Assembly (NCBI GenBank): GCA_030141605.1
Contig: JAQGDQ010000157.1
Coordinates: 323,266-387,265 of the forward strand
DNA: 64,000 nt
Source: Tubiluchus corallicola
Taxonomy: Eukaryota; Animalia; Priapulida
Reading direction: 5' to 3'
Made by a program: the position numbers and the translations under genes. Position 1 is the first letter of the stretch. Every line of letters begins with the position of its first letter. Shown in pieces: positions 1 to 14,700 of the stretch. Below the pieces are notes generated by a model. That model ran no database searches. It saw only the letters and a program-made list of their open reading frames with translations, and was not told the origin of the DNA.

Positions 1-638
1 TTGTGCTTGGTAAAATGTGATGGCAAAGGAAGCCATTCAAGCCAGGTGATTTGCAAACTTGCGTGAGACGTTGCAGAATGCGTGAGAACTGAAATTTGAT
101 GTGTATGTGAGTGTGAAAGACTTAAAATTCGTGTGCTGCATGCCAAATGTGTGAGAATTGGTAGGTCAAGTTATTATTGTGATGCAATTTTGGCTAGCTT
201 GTGCAATTTAATTGTTTTTGGAATCAGTGCTAGTTATAGATGTAGCCTTAATCAGTCACTGTGCGCATATAGGTTCGACGTTTTTTTCTGACCAACAAGC
301 TATAAACATGGCCAGCCAGCAACTCCTTCATTACTCCTCGCCCACATATACACATATACATATACACTTTTGATTGCACACAGGACAGGCGTAATGCTGA
401 GTTAAATACTATGCATTATTCCAATGGGAATCTGCTCCAGTAACCGCTTAACTCGTTGTACTCGCAAAACGATTCTCTTTGCAGTCAGTTTGCAAAAGCA
501 CAAACTGAAAACTAGAATTCACCACTCAGCAGCAGAGTTGGGCCAACAGTACATTTGTGGCATTTCCGGGTCTGACTAATTATAAACTTTATCTCACTGA
601 ATTTGCATGGATGGTAGAGGTGTGGTCTTAGCCACGTA

Positions 639-1799
639 CAGGGTGTCTCAAAAGGTACTGTAAATTTTGATTTCTATTTTTTTCATTTTCTCAAATCTTG
701 GCAGGTTCTTGCACATGTCAAAACGTGTCTTTGTCAGTTTGTTTTATTTATTTTTTACTGGAACCCCGTTGCTATGACAACGACAGATTTCTTAGAATTG
801 AGGTGCAAAATCAGCCGGACATGAGGTCTTTTGATCACACTCACTGAAGTTCAGGGAAAATTCAGAGCACATTATGAACCATGCTTTTCTCTCACTATTA
901 ACAACGTATACATTTAATATAATCATGCTGTATTTTTGTCATATTGTAATTTCTCTTCTCTTTACTAAAAACATAGAACTAAAACGTAGGTCTTTATAAT
1001 AGACCAGTAAACCTTTATTTCTAAACATGTACCAATTACTATAGTTTCATCATCATTGTAAAAATGTAATATTCATCAATAATTTTGCATGTATTTTAAT
1101 GCTCGTTCTTGTTTTTTATATAAAAGTAAAAGTACATACATTTAGAAAATTGCTACAAATTAAACTTGATTCAGTATTTGTTTGTGTCGAAAATGCGAAA
1201 GTATTTGAATTCAGGGCAATCAGTGTCCCCCAACTTTTGCTTTCCCACCTATTTTTGTTAAAATTCAAATCGTTAAAATCAGATAAAATATTTTCGAAGA
1301 ATAAAAATCAACCATTCATCGTAATAAAATTAAGCATTTTTGACAAAGCCCTTCGTCAGTAATTACATACTGTTAGGGATTTTCTCAAATTCCCGACTTT
1401 CATTGGACTCTCCCTGAAGTTCTTCTGACTTTAAGTTCTGACTTGGCAGATTTGACACCCTGCATTTTTTTACAACACCATATCAAGCAAAAACTTATGC
1501 AAAACGACTAACACTTCTTCATGAAGTCAAAATAACAATTAGAGGTTATTGCATAAACGTTTAACTTAAAATGCTTGCTTATGTTAGAAATACATGTGTT
1601 AATTATTAGCAAAAGTGCTTCAACAACGAAGGTAGCAAAAAAGGAAAGGCTACATTATGGTAGTTCTCTCCAGATTTTCGTCTAATTTGGCTAAAAGAAT
1701 TGCCCAGCATTTTAGTTTCTCTGTGGCAATTTTCAAATGCTGCTTTGCTTGCTAAAAATAGAAAATGTAAAGTGTATGCTAAACTTCTGAAACACCCTG
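639..1799. mobile_element. Non-autonomous Tc1/mariner-like element (probably with nested fragments)
   Basis: TA|CAGGGTGTCTCA ... TGAAACACCCTG|TA terminal inverted repeats with TA flanks. Confidence 0.7.
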
Positions 1800-2464
1800 T
1801 ATAATTATGCCTTCCCTCTACGAAGTAAACATCCACAACAGCACAACCAGTGCGGCAAATAAACTTCTTGGGTTAGATGGTCGAGTGGTCTAGAATTTGG
1901 ACTGCAACCACTCATTCTTGAGTTCCAGTTTAGTAGTTGCCAACCCCAGGACATTTGCCGTGGGCCAGCCACAAAAAAAAATTATTTCTGTCTTACCCCA
2001 TTAGCTCAAAAGATGTCGGTAGAGTGGGAGAAAATTTTTTTACAGCTTTGTGAATGTTTAAAGCTAAATCGTGGAATATTTAAAATCATTTGAAATCAAA
2101 GTTTGTTTATTTCCCACTGGTTAGCAGTAACGAAAGAATGATGTTATAATAATTACTGCGTTTTACTCTTTAAATTAAAAAAATATGCTTCTGTACGACT
2201 GCCTCAAGTAGGTATATGAACGTTCAAAAAAAATGTAAAAAATTCCTAGCCGGGTGCATGAAGAAAAAATATTACCCAGGTGATTAGATGGAAACAGAAG
2301 CATTTTTATTGTCGACCTTGTATGTTATTCGTTGTTTGTGTTTTGCATCCTTACCTGTGTTGTTGTAAATGTAATCCGCTTAATAGCCGTTTGTGTTCAT
2401 ATTGTCTGTTAAACAAGTGACTGTAAATAAATATTGTTTTTGTCCTTTGTCTGCCTTTGTCTTT

Positions 2465-2530
2465 TGGAGTATCGAACCCAGGTCGTCACCAGCCTTTCAC
2501 TTGAAGCATAGTGCGAGACCACTTGGCTGT
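2465..2530 (-). mobile_element. Degenerate tRNA-derived SINE head
   Basis: Minus strand has A-box-like AGCCAAGTGG and B-box-like GGTTCGATAC; no full cloverleaf. Confidence 0.4.
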
Positions 2531-2584
2531 GAATCTCATCCTGATTATCAGCTCTATTTTCAGTTTTTCAGGTAGATATGAGTC

Positions 2585-2783
2585 ATGGATGAACCGTGTT
2601 TGGGCAAATCGCAGCTTGGTGTTCAAACATTTCTAGCATCAGTCCATCGTAATGACCAGTGCGGCAGTGACGGTTTGCCTCTTACGCCTAACTCCATTAA
2701 AATCTTAGGACGCTTTCAGAAGCTGAAGTCGTTCACATGCAGGTTTCTGTGCAAGTATGTCAACATTGTGCGTGGAAAACATG
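2585..2783 (+). CDS. TBCK: TBCK coding exon 1 (MDEPCLG...IVRGKH)
   Basis: Acceptor ttttcag at 2571, ATG 2585, donor G|GTAATT; phase 1. Confidence 0.93.
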
Positions 2784-5700
2784 GTAATTGTTTTATTTAT
2801 GTATTTTCTTTTATACAATTTAACACCTTGCTAGCTGTCATCTATTTAAAGTAAATGGGTGAGGTGGAACCTTAACCTAGTTAATTTGGATCAGGTTGGT
2901 AGGTAAGGCTGTAATGATGCACCTAGGTCACTATGCGATACATGACAAGATACATCTGAGTTAGTATTTGCAGGCTTTATAAAAAAGCTAGATGAAGCAG
3001 TTTATAACAAATGCTAAACATATTTTACAAGTAAGCCCGTTTTAGGATTCTTAAATGCTAAAACAACTCGACAAACAGTTTGATTTTTATTTATTATTTA
3101 TTTATTTGTTATTTATTTTAGGTTTAAAAGTTGTTTATGCATTTCTTGGTTCCCTTTTGCTATTTCACAAGTTTATTATGTAATTAACCTACTACAAAAT
3201 AAACATTTTGTATTTTCAACTACTTTGGCTGCTAGCTCTGCAAAGTCAACTGCTTTTCACTGCACTGATTGAGAAGCGTCTACAGTACACTCCACAGCTG
3301 CTGTTTTGAATATTGAATATTGAATACTGAATATATTGTAGTGACATTTACAGTAAACTGGAAGTAAACGTATTCTAATTCTTTAAATAAACTACAGTAG
3401 CAGTATTTTGTTTGTCAATAAAATATTCTTTAAGAAATTCCACTACTTTACTATTTATTGCGAACCAAATTAACACATATTTCAACACAACCGTAGTGAA
3501 AAAAAACAGATTTTTTTATAATCAGCATTATAGGTATTAGGCCTCCATGCTTGAGAGGCCCTGGTCTGCAGCCTGTACTAACCTATAGGATAATCCAGCC
3601 CTTGATGGATGATTAATCAATAATACTTCGAACCCTGTTATCCTGCCATGTGTTTGCTTCTGCTGGTAACTAACGTTATAAGCAGGGTCGGGTCTAGGTA
3701 GTTTGACACCCTAGGCAAAAGTGTTTTTAGCGTCGCTTCCTCAATGGCCTACCCCTTCTCTAGAGACCACATCTATGTGTACATATTCATAGCTAGATTT
3801 TTTTCTTTCAACTTTTTCATCAGAAAATTTTTGAAGCACTGACTGCGCCTGATTCTTCTTTTCCACATACATCCATTTGACTAGTATCATCATCTTTCAA
3901 CAATACAACTTTGGTCTGGTTGCAATTATTTTATTTGAAACTTTGCCTCTGTTCAATGTCCACCAGCTTTTTAGTAGTTAATTGATTCTAATAAACATTT
4001 TTTACTTTTTCTTTCCTTTATTACGCTCCTGAATGCTTCGATTCTAGAGGTTTATCTGCCATCATTACATAAATGCTAAGGCTAGAAACTTTTTTGTTAA
4101 CGGAAGGAATTGTTGCTTTGTCTGCTGTCATATGCATACAATAGAGGCTGTCGACAAGGACTTGGTGCCCTAGGGAACTGCCTAATTTGCTTGGTGGCAG
4201 AGCCGGCCCTGACTATAGTCAGTGTCTTTTTCTTTTTGTTTTTATTATTCGCTGCTTGTTAATTAAGGTAGTTAATTAAGGTTAATTGAAATTTTGAGTT
4301 TAGAGGTTGTTTCCAGCAAGTTGGAACGTAGGTGATAGTTGTTGTACTGATGGTACAGTAAGTCCTCGCTTAACGACGCTAATGACGTTTCCAGCAAAAC
4401 GGTTTCTTGCTAACGGTTTCTCTTTTGTTAACATTTAAATGCAGGCAGCTGTTAAACAATAAACACTGCTGTCATTTCAGCAGAGTCAAAGCCAAGTGCT
4501 GGGCAACCTTGGGAATTTTATCTATACTGTTTAGTGTAGCAACAGGTTGTAGACAAAATTCCTTGCATACATTCGCTTCTACATCTCGCTTGATACAAAT
4601 GCTAAACGGCTAGCATTTAGTGGTCAATCGGGAAGCAAGTATTATTATACTTGTATAATAATTGCACTGTTTACGTTACTAGTACATTTTTAGAAGAGAT
4701 ATTAATGCATACGTACTGTTTTAGTGCATCAAATTAGGTAAAAAAGTTGTTGATAAAATGAAAATTGGCTTTCAGCAAAGTAAAAAATTGTATTTAGAAT
4801 GAAATGTGTGTCGTTAAGTGAAAAAAGGTGTCAAATGTTAAGCGTCGTTAAAACAAAACGTCACTAAACAAGGAATCGTTAAGCGAGAACTTACTGTATA
4901 TAAATGCTATAATTTCTAGAACTTCTGTAATCATTTCAAAATTGAAGAACATTATGACTTGATGTCTAAGGTGATGCCCCTCTTTCTCGCACACATATGA
5001 ATGATTCGTTAAACTATATAGATTCATAATTTTTGTTACAGAAAGACTCATGGTTGTTATGGAGCGTATGCCAGCAGATCTTGGAACTGAATCAGCTGCT
5101 GCTAATTATTCCAAGTAATTATATAATTATAATAATAATAATTTATTTTTGCCTTCAAAATAACAATCATAGATAGTATATAACAATGATTTACAAAGAT
5201 TAAAGAAGGGCGTGACGGCGAAAGACTGGAATGCGCGGAATGGCGAATTATTGTTTTTTTTATATGAGCATGGTTGATCGCACTGTGAGCTGGTCATATT
5301 AAATCATTACAAGTTTGCATTCTGCACGTGTAAATTTATCATTTTCTACTATTTGCCTATGGACTTCATTTTAGAATCAGCATAGTATATTTATATCAGC
5401 ATTGTTGAATTAACTGCTTCAGTTATGTCGCTCTGGTACTAATGTCTTACAGGGCATCTACGGGAAATATTTCCATACAGTTTCATACAGTTTCACCGTG
5501 GTAGACTTGGTACTGCATCAGAATTGTAATAATTTTAAGCATAACTGATAACTAGTTTTCATCACTTTCCGTTTGTAGTTATTCAAGTTTCTTATTCTTT
5601 GGTTGATTGAAGAACATTGAAATGCTCGTATTCTGGTAATTTCTTTCAACTTCAACTCTATAGTGCTATTAGTGAGCGGTTCATTTTGCCCTTCTTCTTT

Positions 5701-8700
5701 TAATCTCTCCCAACGCCTACCTCCACTTCTTCCACTAAACCCTTTATTTTGTCTTTTTAAATATTTTTTTCTTTTTGTAACCCTCGACCAGAATGCTTCC
5801 AGAGTGTACCAAAAGAGAATTTATGTCTTCTAAAAAACGAGTATAAATGACTTGCTTAATTGCATTTTAGTCATTAATGCCAAAATCACTTGGATGTTGA
5901 AGTTGAATTGCATCTATGTGCCGTGAGCAAAACTTGTAATATTGTCATTGAATTTTTATATCGACAATATGTGCTTGTCACTGGGCAACTTTGGTCTTTA
6001 AGACACAGGAGAACATCAACTGATATCATCAGAGCCTGAAGCTGAGTCAGTTGCTACTACATCAGCAGACTCATACAGTAAATCAGCTAGCTCGGCTGAA
6101 GCTGAGTCAGTTGCTACTACATCAGCAGACTCATACAGTAAATCAGCTAGCTCGGCTGAAGCTGAGTCAGTTGCTACTACATCAGCAGACTCATACAGTA
6201 AATCAGCTAGCTCGGCTGAAGCTGAGTCAGTTGCTACTACATCAGCAGACTCATACAGTAAATCAGCTAGCTCGGCTGAAGCTGAGTCAGTTACTACTAC
6301 ATCAGCAGACTCATACAGTAAATCAGCTAGCTCGGCTGAAGCTGAGTCAGTTGCTACTACATCAGCAGACTCATACAGTAAATCGCTAGCTCGGCTTTTG
6401 TTGACTGACTTTTCAGTTCAGTTGGCTTAAAGAAAAAATCAGTTGAAGCTAACAAATTTTTGTTAACTAAATAAATCATAAATTGTTTTATTGCACATGT
6501 TATTTAAATCCAACTCTTGGCGCTACGTATCTTGATTACTGACGAATCATTACCAAAACACCAAAATAATTCCGTACGTGTGACTAACGTTGCCTATTTA
6601 GGTAATTAATTTTGAATGGACCCGCTTTCTCGTTCAAAAATTTCTAAAGTTTAGTGTTTCTGCCAGCACACGTACAAACTTGCCACGAATCCACAATGCG
6701 TTTGCCACATTTCAACCAGTGATTTCAACAGTGTCTCACGATTATCGTAAGAGCGCAAATCTTCGCAGCCGGCAAAAGTGTCGACTAGCTCGAATCCCAT
6801 CACTGAACAGCTGGTGCAACTAAAGCTGGGTTTGTTATCGGCAATTAACCGGATAGAGCTCAGCTGAAATGGCGCAGCTCTGAGCTCTAGATTTCATGCT
6901 TTGTCCAATGGTTTACATTGGCAAACCATTAAGTGAAATTTACAAATCTTAAAAAGAAATCAACTTTTATTAAAAGTTTTAAAATGTAAGCTGTTAAAAA
7001 GAATGTCACGTACGTTTCGAACTGCAGCCTACAGTCATCTTCAGTATAGACTACACAAACAAACAACCAGATGCAGGCAGAGCCTACAGTAGAGAAATTA
7101 CTAATTATGTATTTACAAGGAAGCCAAATCTGTAGTGAATTAACAGAGCTGTAGAAAAGAAGGACATACAGTAAATGTGTAGCTAGGTGTTTATAAACAA
7201 AGTTAAGGGAATTGAACTACTTTGCACATTAGGAGGCTTGTTAGAGTACACAGATAGACTTTCTTTTATTAATAAGTCCCAGTTATTTGTAGCTTTGATC
7301 ACAATGCTAAAATTATCAAAATCAGCATTGTGGCCAGAGGCACAGATATGGTTATGAATGCTAGATTGAAGAGGACTTTTTAATTTCTTGCCAGTTCTAG
7401 TCGAAATATCCAGGTGTTCACACATTCTTACTTTAAAGTGTCTGATCGTTTTGTCATGGTAGGCACCATTGCAGCTGCTACACTGAAATCTATAAACAAT
7501 ACCTCATTGCAAGAATGGGTATTTTGTCTTTAAATGTAAAGGAAGAGCATAAACTATTGCGAAATTTTAAAACATTGAGCAACTGAATATGAGACTAAAG
7601 TTGTGTGATTTTCCACTGAAGATGGTTGCAGGCTGCAGTCAAAACCCATGTGACGTGTTTTTTAACATTTCATAGCTTAAAGTTTTTAATAATAGTTGTT
7701 TGCTTTTTAAGATACAGTGAGTGCCTGCATAATTTTACTTTGCATATCCTGAAATAATGAATGTTTCGGCTATAAAATTTATTGCCATCAGTGCTAACTT
7801 AAGCTGTGGAGAAATATTTGCTTTGACACAGCACTATAGCAAAAACCAGCCAACCTATTGCAAAATTAATTTTAGTTAACAATGTGCCAACACAGGTAAC
7901 TTCGTGCCAACACAGGTAACTTCACGCGTAACTTTTCTTTATGAAGTTATTGGCAAGGAGAAGTTGCTGTTTTATATCAGTTAGACAACTGTTATAGTTT
8001 TGATTTATGTTTCAAGATTATTTAAATACAATTTTTACTTAATGGTAAGTCATTTTATTATTTTAGTGAAATGACCAACTACGTCTGACAAATTTTATTT
8101 TCATTTTATTTTATTACAAAAACGCCAAACAACAATACAATGTGGCAAAACACATTATGATTACATTTTAGACACAGGATTATACGATTACATTAAATTC
8201 GTAATAAAATGTTGCTTGCATTGTAGTCAGAAGCATTACTTGTGACTACAATGCAATTAATGGTGCAGGTGTAAAGGTGCAAAAAAGGAAGACAAAAATG
8301 AGGGAATGATAGTGGAGAGTGCAGGAGATGGAAATTAGTTAGATTAGGTTAGTGAAATGCTGTGAACAAGAATGAATATGAGATTGCTAGTTATGACATT
8401 GCAAATATATATATATACATTTATGTACAGAAGTACACTACAGTCCAGTCTGTCACACACAGCGAATGTGAACATACGTCAGCTACTATACATGCTCAAC
8501 ATTTAATGTGAATTTAAGAAAGAAGTTTTTTTGAGTCTTGGTAATGACAAAATTGACTTAATATTTGCAGGTATAGAATTCAAAGATTGGGCTGTTCAAG
8601 TAATACCTTTCTTTTTCGCAGGCACTTTCCAGATCTTGCTCATCTCATGTACGCTGTTCTCCACGGTCTCGAGTGCCTTCATAATAAAGACGTTATCCAC

Positions 8701-11700
8701 AGAAACTTGTCGCCCCAGAGTATCCTTTTAGATGGAAACATTGTGAAACTGTCTAACTATGGCCTTTATTATATGACTGATAGTGGACGTGATGTAGATT
8801 TTCCCATAGGGTAATTATCTTTTTGCTATCTTTGGACTTGATCAAAGGTTTATTGGTGACAGAGCATATTAAGTTGATATGCAAGTTACTGTGTAACTTA
8901 CTAACAGTGGCGGCTTGTGTATTGTTACTGTGGAACTGCAGCACACCCCTATTTTCACTTAATATTACCGATAATGTTCAATATAATAAGTCTTTTTTTA
9001 GTTGTTTCTTCATACTTGTATGGAGCCAGAGCACAGAGTGTAGTACTGTTTACTTCACAGCCCAGCACAGTGCGCTTTAGCAATGCGGTGTTTTGCTGTT
9101 GTGCGCATGCAGCTGTTTGTTGTCAGTTGTCAAGTGCTTACCATGAATGGGTTTAGCTTGAACTGCAACAATTTAGGCTATTAGTAAGCAAAAAATATTT
9201 TTTTCTGCTTAGGATTTTATCAAGTTTATGTATAAACTTTCATATGTTTGCTTGTTTAAAATTACAATTATAAATTATAGCATTAAAATTACATCATTTA
9301 TGTTTGTTTCGTTTTACGCAGTATTAAAATGATGGCTAAAATTTTTCTGAAGCAGCACCCCCACTAATTTTAACTACAGGCCACCACTGGAAGGGTATAT
9401 ACTTGACAGAGCATATGAAGTTAATATGCAAATTACTGTGTAAATTACAATTCACAATCTTAGCATTCAATGTTCTTAAATTAGAGGTTGTAAGGGTTTA
9501 TCGTATTCTATTGAAAGTGTAGGTAGCTGCGAAAGCTCGAAAATTCAAATTACATATTTTTGTAACGGTTTTCACTTTTGCATTTAGTTTTTAGCGATTA
9601 TTGTTTATTCTGCGATTATAGCTGGTGCTCTTCATCGTTTCCAGATCCAGTTTGCAATTTGCTCCAGATTGGAACTTTACCACACAGGCTCATCTACTAA
9701 CTAACTAAAGCTTAATTGTCAGTATTTTAGTTTATCAACGATTAGTTATGTACAGACCATGTAGATAAATTTTGATTCTGTCTCATTGAACACAAAAATG
9801 GGACGCTGGCAAGGTAAACAATGTGTCAGAACAAAACTGCTCAGAGGCATTTTTTGCCAGTGCCGAAGATGGAACGGTGTTGCTTAGTTGCAGGTATCAT
9901 AACCACTCGACTATACACCTATACACCACCCGACTTTTATTGTTTAGTAATTGATAGTGTTTTTAGGTCACCCAGGTATATGGCTCCAGAAGTCTTACAA
10001 TTGGAGATGAATGGCACAGCCCAACAGCATCAATGCAGTTTTAAATGTGATATATGGTCTTTCGGTGTCATCATTTTAGAGATTCTGTTGGTAAGTAGAG
10101 CAGTGCTTTTAATGAGAGAACTGTGATACTTGTTTTTATCTCTGGGGTTTGATAAAGCTGGAGGTATTGATGTAACAGCACTGCTTCAGCTCACGAACTA
10201 TATCAAATTGTTTATTGATGTCACTGTCCATCTTTAAAAAATTATATGTGTTTTTGCAAACCAAAACCACTCATAAGTCGACATACTTAGAACTACGTTA
10301 TGGTGCTTCAAAGTAGAATGCCCGTAAATTGGGTCAAATGTCAATTTCTTGTTTTTTATAAAAACAAATGCTAAACATATTGGACTTTTACATTCTAGCG
10401 GCAAATTATCAAGAAAATGTTCAAAAAATACTAAAAATTTAATTTTTGTAATCCCGTACCCATTTTTATGGCTAGAAACTAGGAATGCAATCGTAAAAAA
10501 ACTTGGATAAAAGCTCGGGGAAGCTGTCATTTTGCATCAGATTTTTTCTGTTGCCAAGCCCAGATTTTTGCCAGAAGGGGCCATCTACTGGACCATAACA
10601 ACCATACTTTCATACGGTTACTAAATTTTTATAGTACAGCAACGCGGCCATGCGCACATGTCTGAGATGACATGCTGTATGCTGCATTGCTAGCATTTGC
10701 TGCTAGGTAGAGAAAGTACTGTCGCTCACGCAGTTTGTTGTCAGTTGTCAGGTGCTTAATAATCTTGTACCGGCATATTCCTGAACTGCATCAACTTAGG
10801 CTATTCGTAAGTGAAAAATGTTTTTGTTTAGGATTTTATCAAATTTATGTATAAATTTTTGTATGTGTGTTTGTTTAAAATTACATTTACAAATTACAAC
10901 ATTAAAATTACATATGTTTGTTTCATTTTACACCTTATTAAAACAATGGCTAAAAATATTCTGAAGCAGCACCCCCACTAATTTTCACTATGGGCCGCCA
11001 CTGATTGTAATGCCTGCGAGAATTGACTTCTGTATTTCTTGGTATGTGGAATGCGAGAAATTGTATCTTGTTATTCTCTTCTGACTTGGATCCTGCTAAA
11101 AATCATAACTCTTACTAGAGTTATTATTGCATCTCTGCCAATCTTTGGACATCAGTACACCAGTGTTACTGGTAAGAAGACTATCGTGCGATAAGAACTG
11201 TTTAGTTTATTAATTTTTTCTATTTTGTTCAAATTGTAGTGACTTGATTTGTGGCCGAGATGTAGAGGTTACTGTAATTTTTTCATGATTTGGAGTTCAA
11301 GTTTTTCAGTAGCTGACAGGTCCAGAAGTTTGGACTTGGTGTCATATTGTCCCTGGTGCAATTATAGGACCAAAAATGTTAACTGAAATTGTCATGCAAC
11401 TCATTAATGTGCACGTAACAGGTTACAAGAGATGATTTTGTTACAGGGCGTAAATCTATGGAAGGATTTATCTTTGGAGGAAATGCATAAAAAAACTCTG
11501 GACCTTGCAAAATCCAAATGTAATTATTTTGTTGCAGTTTTTTCTTCATTAAAGAGTGTTTTTAAAATCTGATTTTACATCAACTTTGTCAATTTTTATT
11601 CAGGAGATGCCACGTACAGAAGTTGTCAAAACAGTTTATTCTAAAAATTTTATTCTTTTATTTTTCTTCTACCCTTTTATTTTACCACCAAGTTGTCAAG

Positions 11701-14700
11701 GTGATTCCCAGCCCATCATAAAACTTTGCTTAATTCACTATTGAGCAAGTTAAAAATTTTATATGAACAATAATGTGCTATAAAACTATGTCTAGATTTT
11801 TCAAATCTGCAATATCAACATGCCAGAAAATCTGAATGTTTAATTTATTTAACTTGGAATTTGGCAAGACTTTTTACAAAACTTCCTGCCGCCACTTAAA
11901 TGAGCACTTAAATGGAGATAGTAATATTGAAGAAAATGTTAATATCCAGATATTCCTGGCTGCTTTGCATTTCATAGAATTAAGCAGGAGATTTGTGTGA
12001 AAATGAACTTAGCATTGTGTTGTGTTATTAAGACAATATAAGTTGATATGCTTTACTACTATCATTGAAAACTCCACCGTGTACTTGCATACTTATAACT
12101 ATAGATTAAATCATTGATATGTAAAAATGATATTTATGAGTTTAAATTTAGACTTACAGAAAAACTTTAGGACACCAGGCTGTAAACATCTTGTCTTAGA
12201 AAGCATTTACAGTGTATTTGAATAGTTATGTCTACTTTTGAAAGACTTAAGTATAAGATAATTTTTTACAGTAATGTATGTAAATCTTTTTTTCTCTCCT
12301 TATTCAGTAATGTTTAAATGCTATTTTATCTCCTGAAGTTTAGTAATGAACATATGTATAACATGACTAGGTCGGAGTCAGCTTTGAGTTTGAATTAGTT
12401 TGAATCAGAATTAAAACATGTAGGTTAATTTATTGAATTATGCATTAAATAATTAAATGGAAAATTCATTATAAAAATTATAAATGATAAAGTCAGTCAG
12501 TTCAGAAGACTTAAAATAAGCAAGTCCTTCTGTTCTGATGGACTGTTTTATTTTATTTCTTTTTATTACAAATGTAATTCTGTAAAATCTATTTTTTGAT
12601 CAAATAAAAAAATACATGGTTAAAGCAAGCACTTATTTATTTTGTATGATGATTGGTTGTTCATAATTGCACTTTTGTTAGAAAAAAACCATCGGTTAAT
12701 TCGTCTGCTAATGAATTTCTTGTTTCTAAAGGTGTTGTAGAACAGATTGCAAGAGACCATGGAGCTGATGAAAAGTTAGAGGTATGTTTTGAGTTTTTGG
12801 CACTAGTTAGAGCATAGTAGTTTATAGCAGATAAATTGTACAGCCAAAATAGTCATTTGAGTTGAATTGAGCATTTTGTTTAAATGTGATTTTTTTGCAG
12901 GACTTGCCAAATGTGTTGAAACATATATTGTCTCACTGTCTCTCTCCCAGTCCTTCGAAGCGATCTTCGGCTACTGACTTACTAAAACTTCCACTGTTCA
13001 ATATAGAAAGGGCATCTCAGGTACGTTTTAGTCGGAGCAACATAAAAAACTTTTTTTAAAAAACTGTAAAACAAGCCTGACATGTGATTTATATAATTTA
13101 TCCAAAGTCCGTTTTTCTCAGTAAAAATTTGACTTTACGCAAAGGGTCAAAACACTTGGATGCTTTAGCTTTAGCTAACATTTGTAATATGTGAGTATTC
13201 CATGTTAAATTGTTAAGAAGTGATGGATCAAAGCGTTTTTGCTGTTGATGGTTATTTATTAATGATACCATCATGAGATACGATCTGGGTAACGTAGTGG
13301 CTGGGCTTTCGTGAGAAAATATCACCGATATTGTCTTAGTAGCATTAAATGTTACCAACGAGGTATTTGACAATAAATGAATTTCAGTTAAATCACTGTG
13401 TAAAGTCCTGACAACTATATCTGAGCCCCCCACTACATGTTGAATGCATGTGTAATCAGCAAACAGATGAATATCTGACTGTGTATCAAGTATAATATCA
13501 TTGATGAATACTAGAAAAAGTAACGGCTGTAGCAATGGTCCTTGTAGAACACCTGCATGCAATGATTTAAAGCGAGACTGACAGCAACTGATAGTTCCAA
13601 CTTGAGTTTTGTTTGTTAATAAAAACTAATCTATTAGATAATATTACCTCCAAAGCCATTTGTTCTTAGTTTTGCAATAAACCCATTTGAACTCTTTGTA
13701 AGTGTCCAAAAATATATCTTACTTCCAAACCAGATTCTTGCACTTTGTAAATTCTATGTACCATATATACCAAATTCTATGTATGTATGTAATAACTGAC
13801 TTGCGGGATTGCTTACTAGATAGCAACAGATTACTGACAAGATAATTACATATGTGTCTAAAAATAATTCTTTCTAATGAATACCTTGGACGTGCAAGAT
13901 AGCAATGAGACTTGTGTATATTTGACATCAAGTGTGATTCATCTGTTTTATAGAAGGCATTACATTGGTGTGTTTCTAAGCATCTAAAAGATCTCCATTA
14001 GATAATGATAAATTAAATAGTTTAGCTATGGTTTGCAAAGTATTGGTGCCGCCATTTTTAAAATTTAATTACTTGTATGTTGCCAGATTCTTTTGCTTTG
14101 CTTAAATGACAATAGGGTATCTTTAACATGTAAATCAGTCATTACAATATCAGAAAGAGAAGCATCTTTACATACATCGAACACATATATCACAACTCCT
14201 GCATTGTTCAGAGTGGGTTGTAGTGCAAAGCAATCATTGAACAGATTAGCATTGCCTTATACTAATAAACTGCAGTATACTAATAAACGTTTTGGAATTA
14301 TAAAATAATTTTACAAATTTTGGTATATTTTTATGCATTATATTATCATTTAACTTGTCTGTTGTTCATTTGAAAATTTTTCATTGGTTTTTCAAATTTC
14401 AATCATTCGTTTTTTTTCTTACAACATTATTCACAATGTAGAGCGTTAGAATTTTTCTTAAACTTATTATTAACCTGCCACGATGATGCCTTTGTGTTCT
14501 TATGCGAGGATTCATCCAAGGATGATTTATAGGACGAATCATTATTGTTTCATTTAGGATAGATTCACAGCACATTTTATAAAATACATCCATAATTAAC
14601 TTGCCTGTTTGGTTTACATTGAGAGTTAATAAGGCATCCAGCTGATACTTGATAACTGATTCAAAGACATTAGTTTAGGTGTTGTGGTAACATTTAGCTG

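Noticed and set aside
1870-1930. tRNA-like sequences here and near 2465-2530 and 34345-34400
   Set aside because: Only A/B-box-like remnants with no complete cloverleaf; likely SINE heads.
6036-6395. CRISPR-like array or repeat protein ORF 6051-6389
   Set aside because: Units are identical with no unique spacers, there are no cas genes and the context is a eukaryotic intron; the ORF is a by-product of a 60-bp unit.
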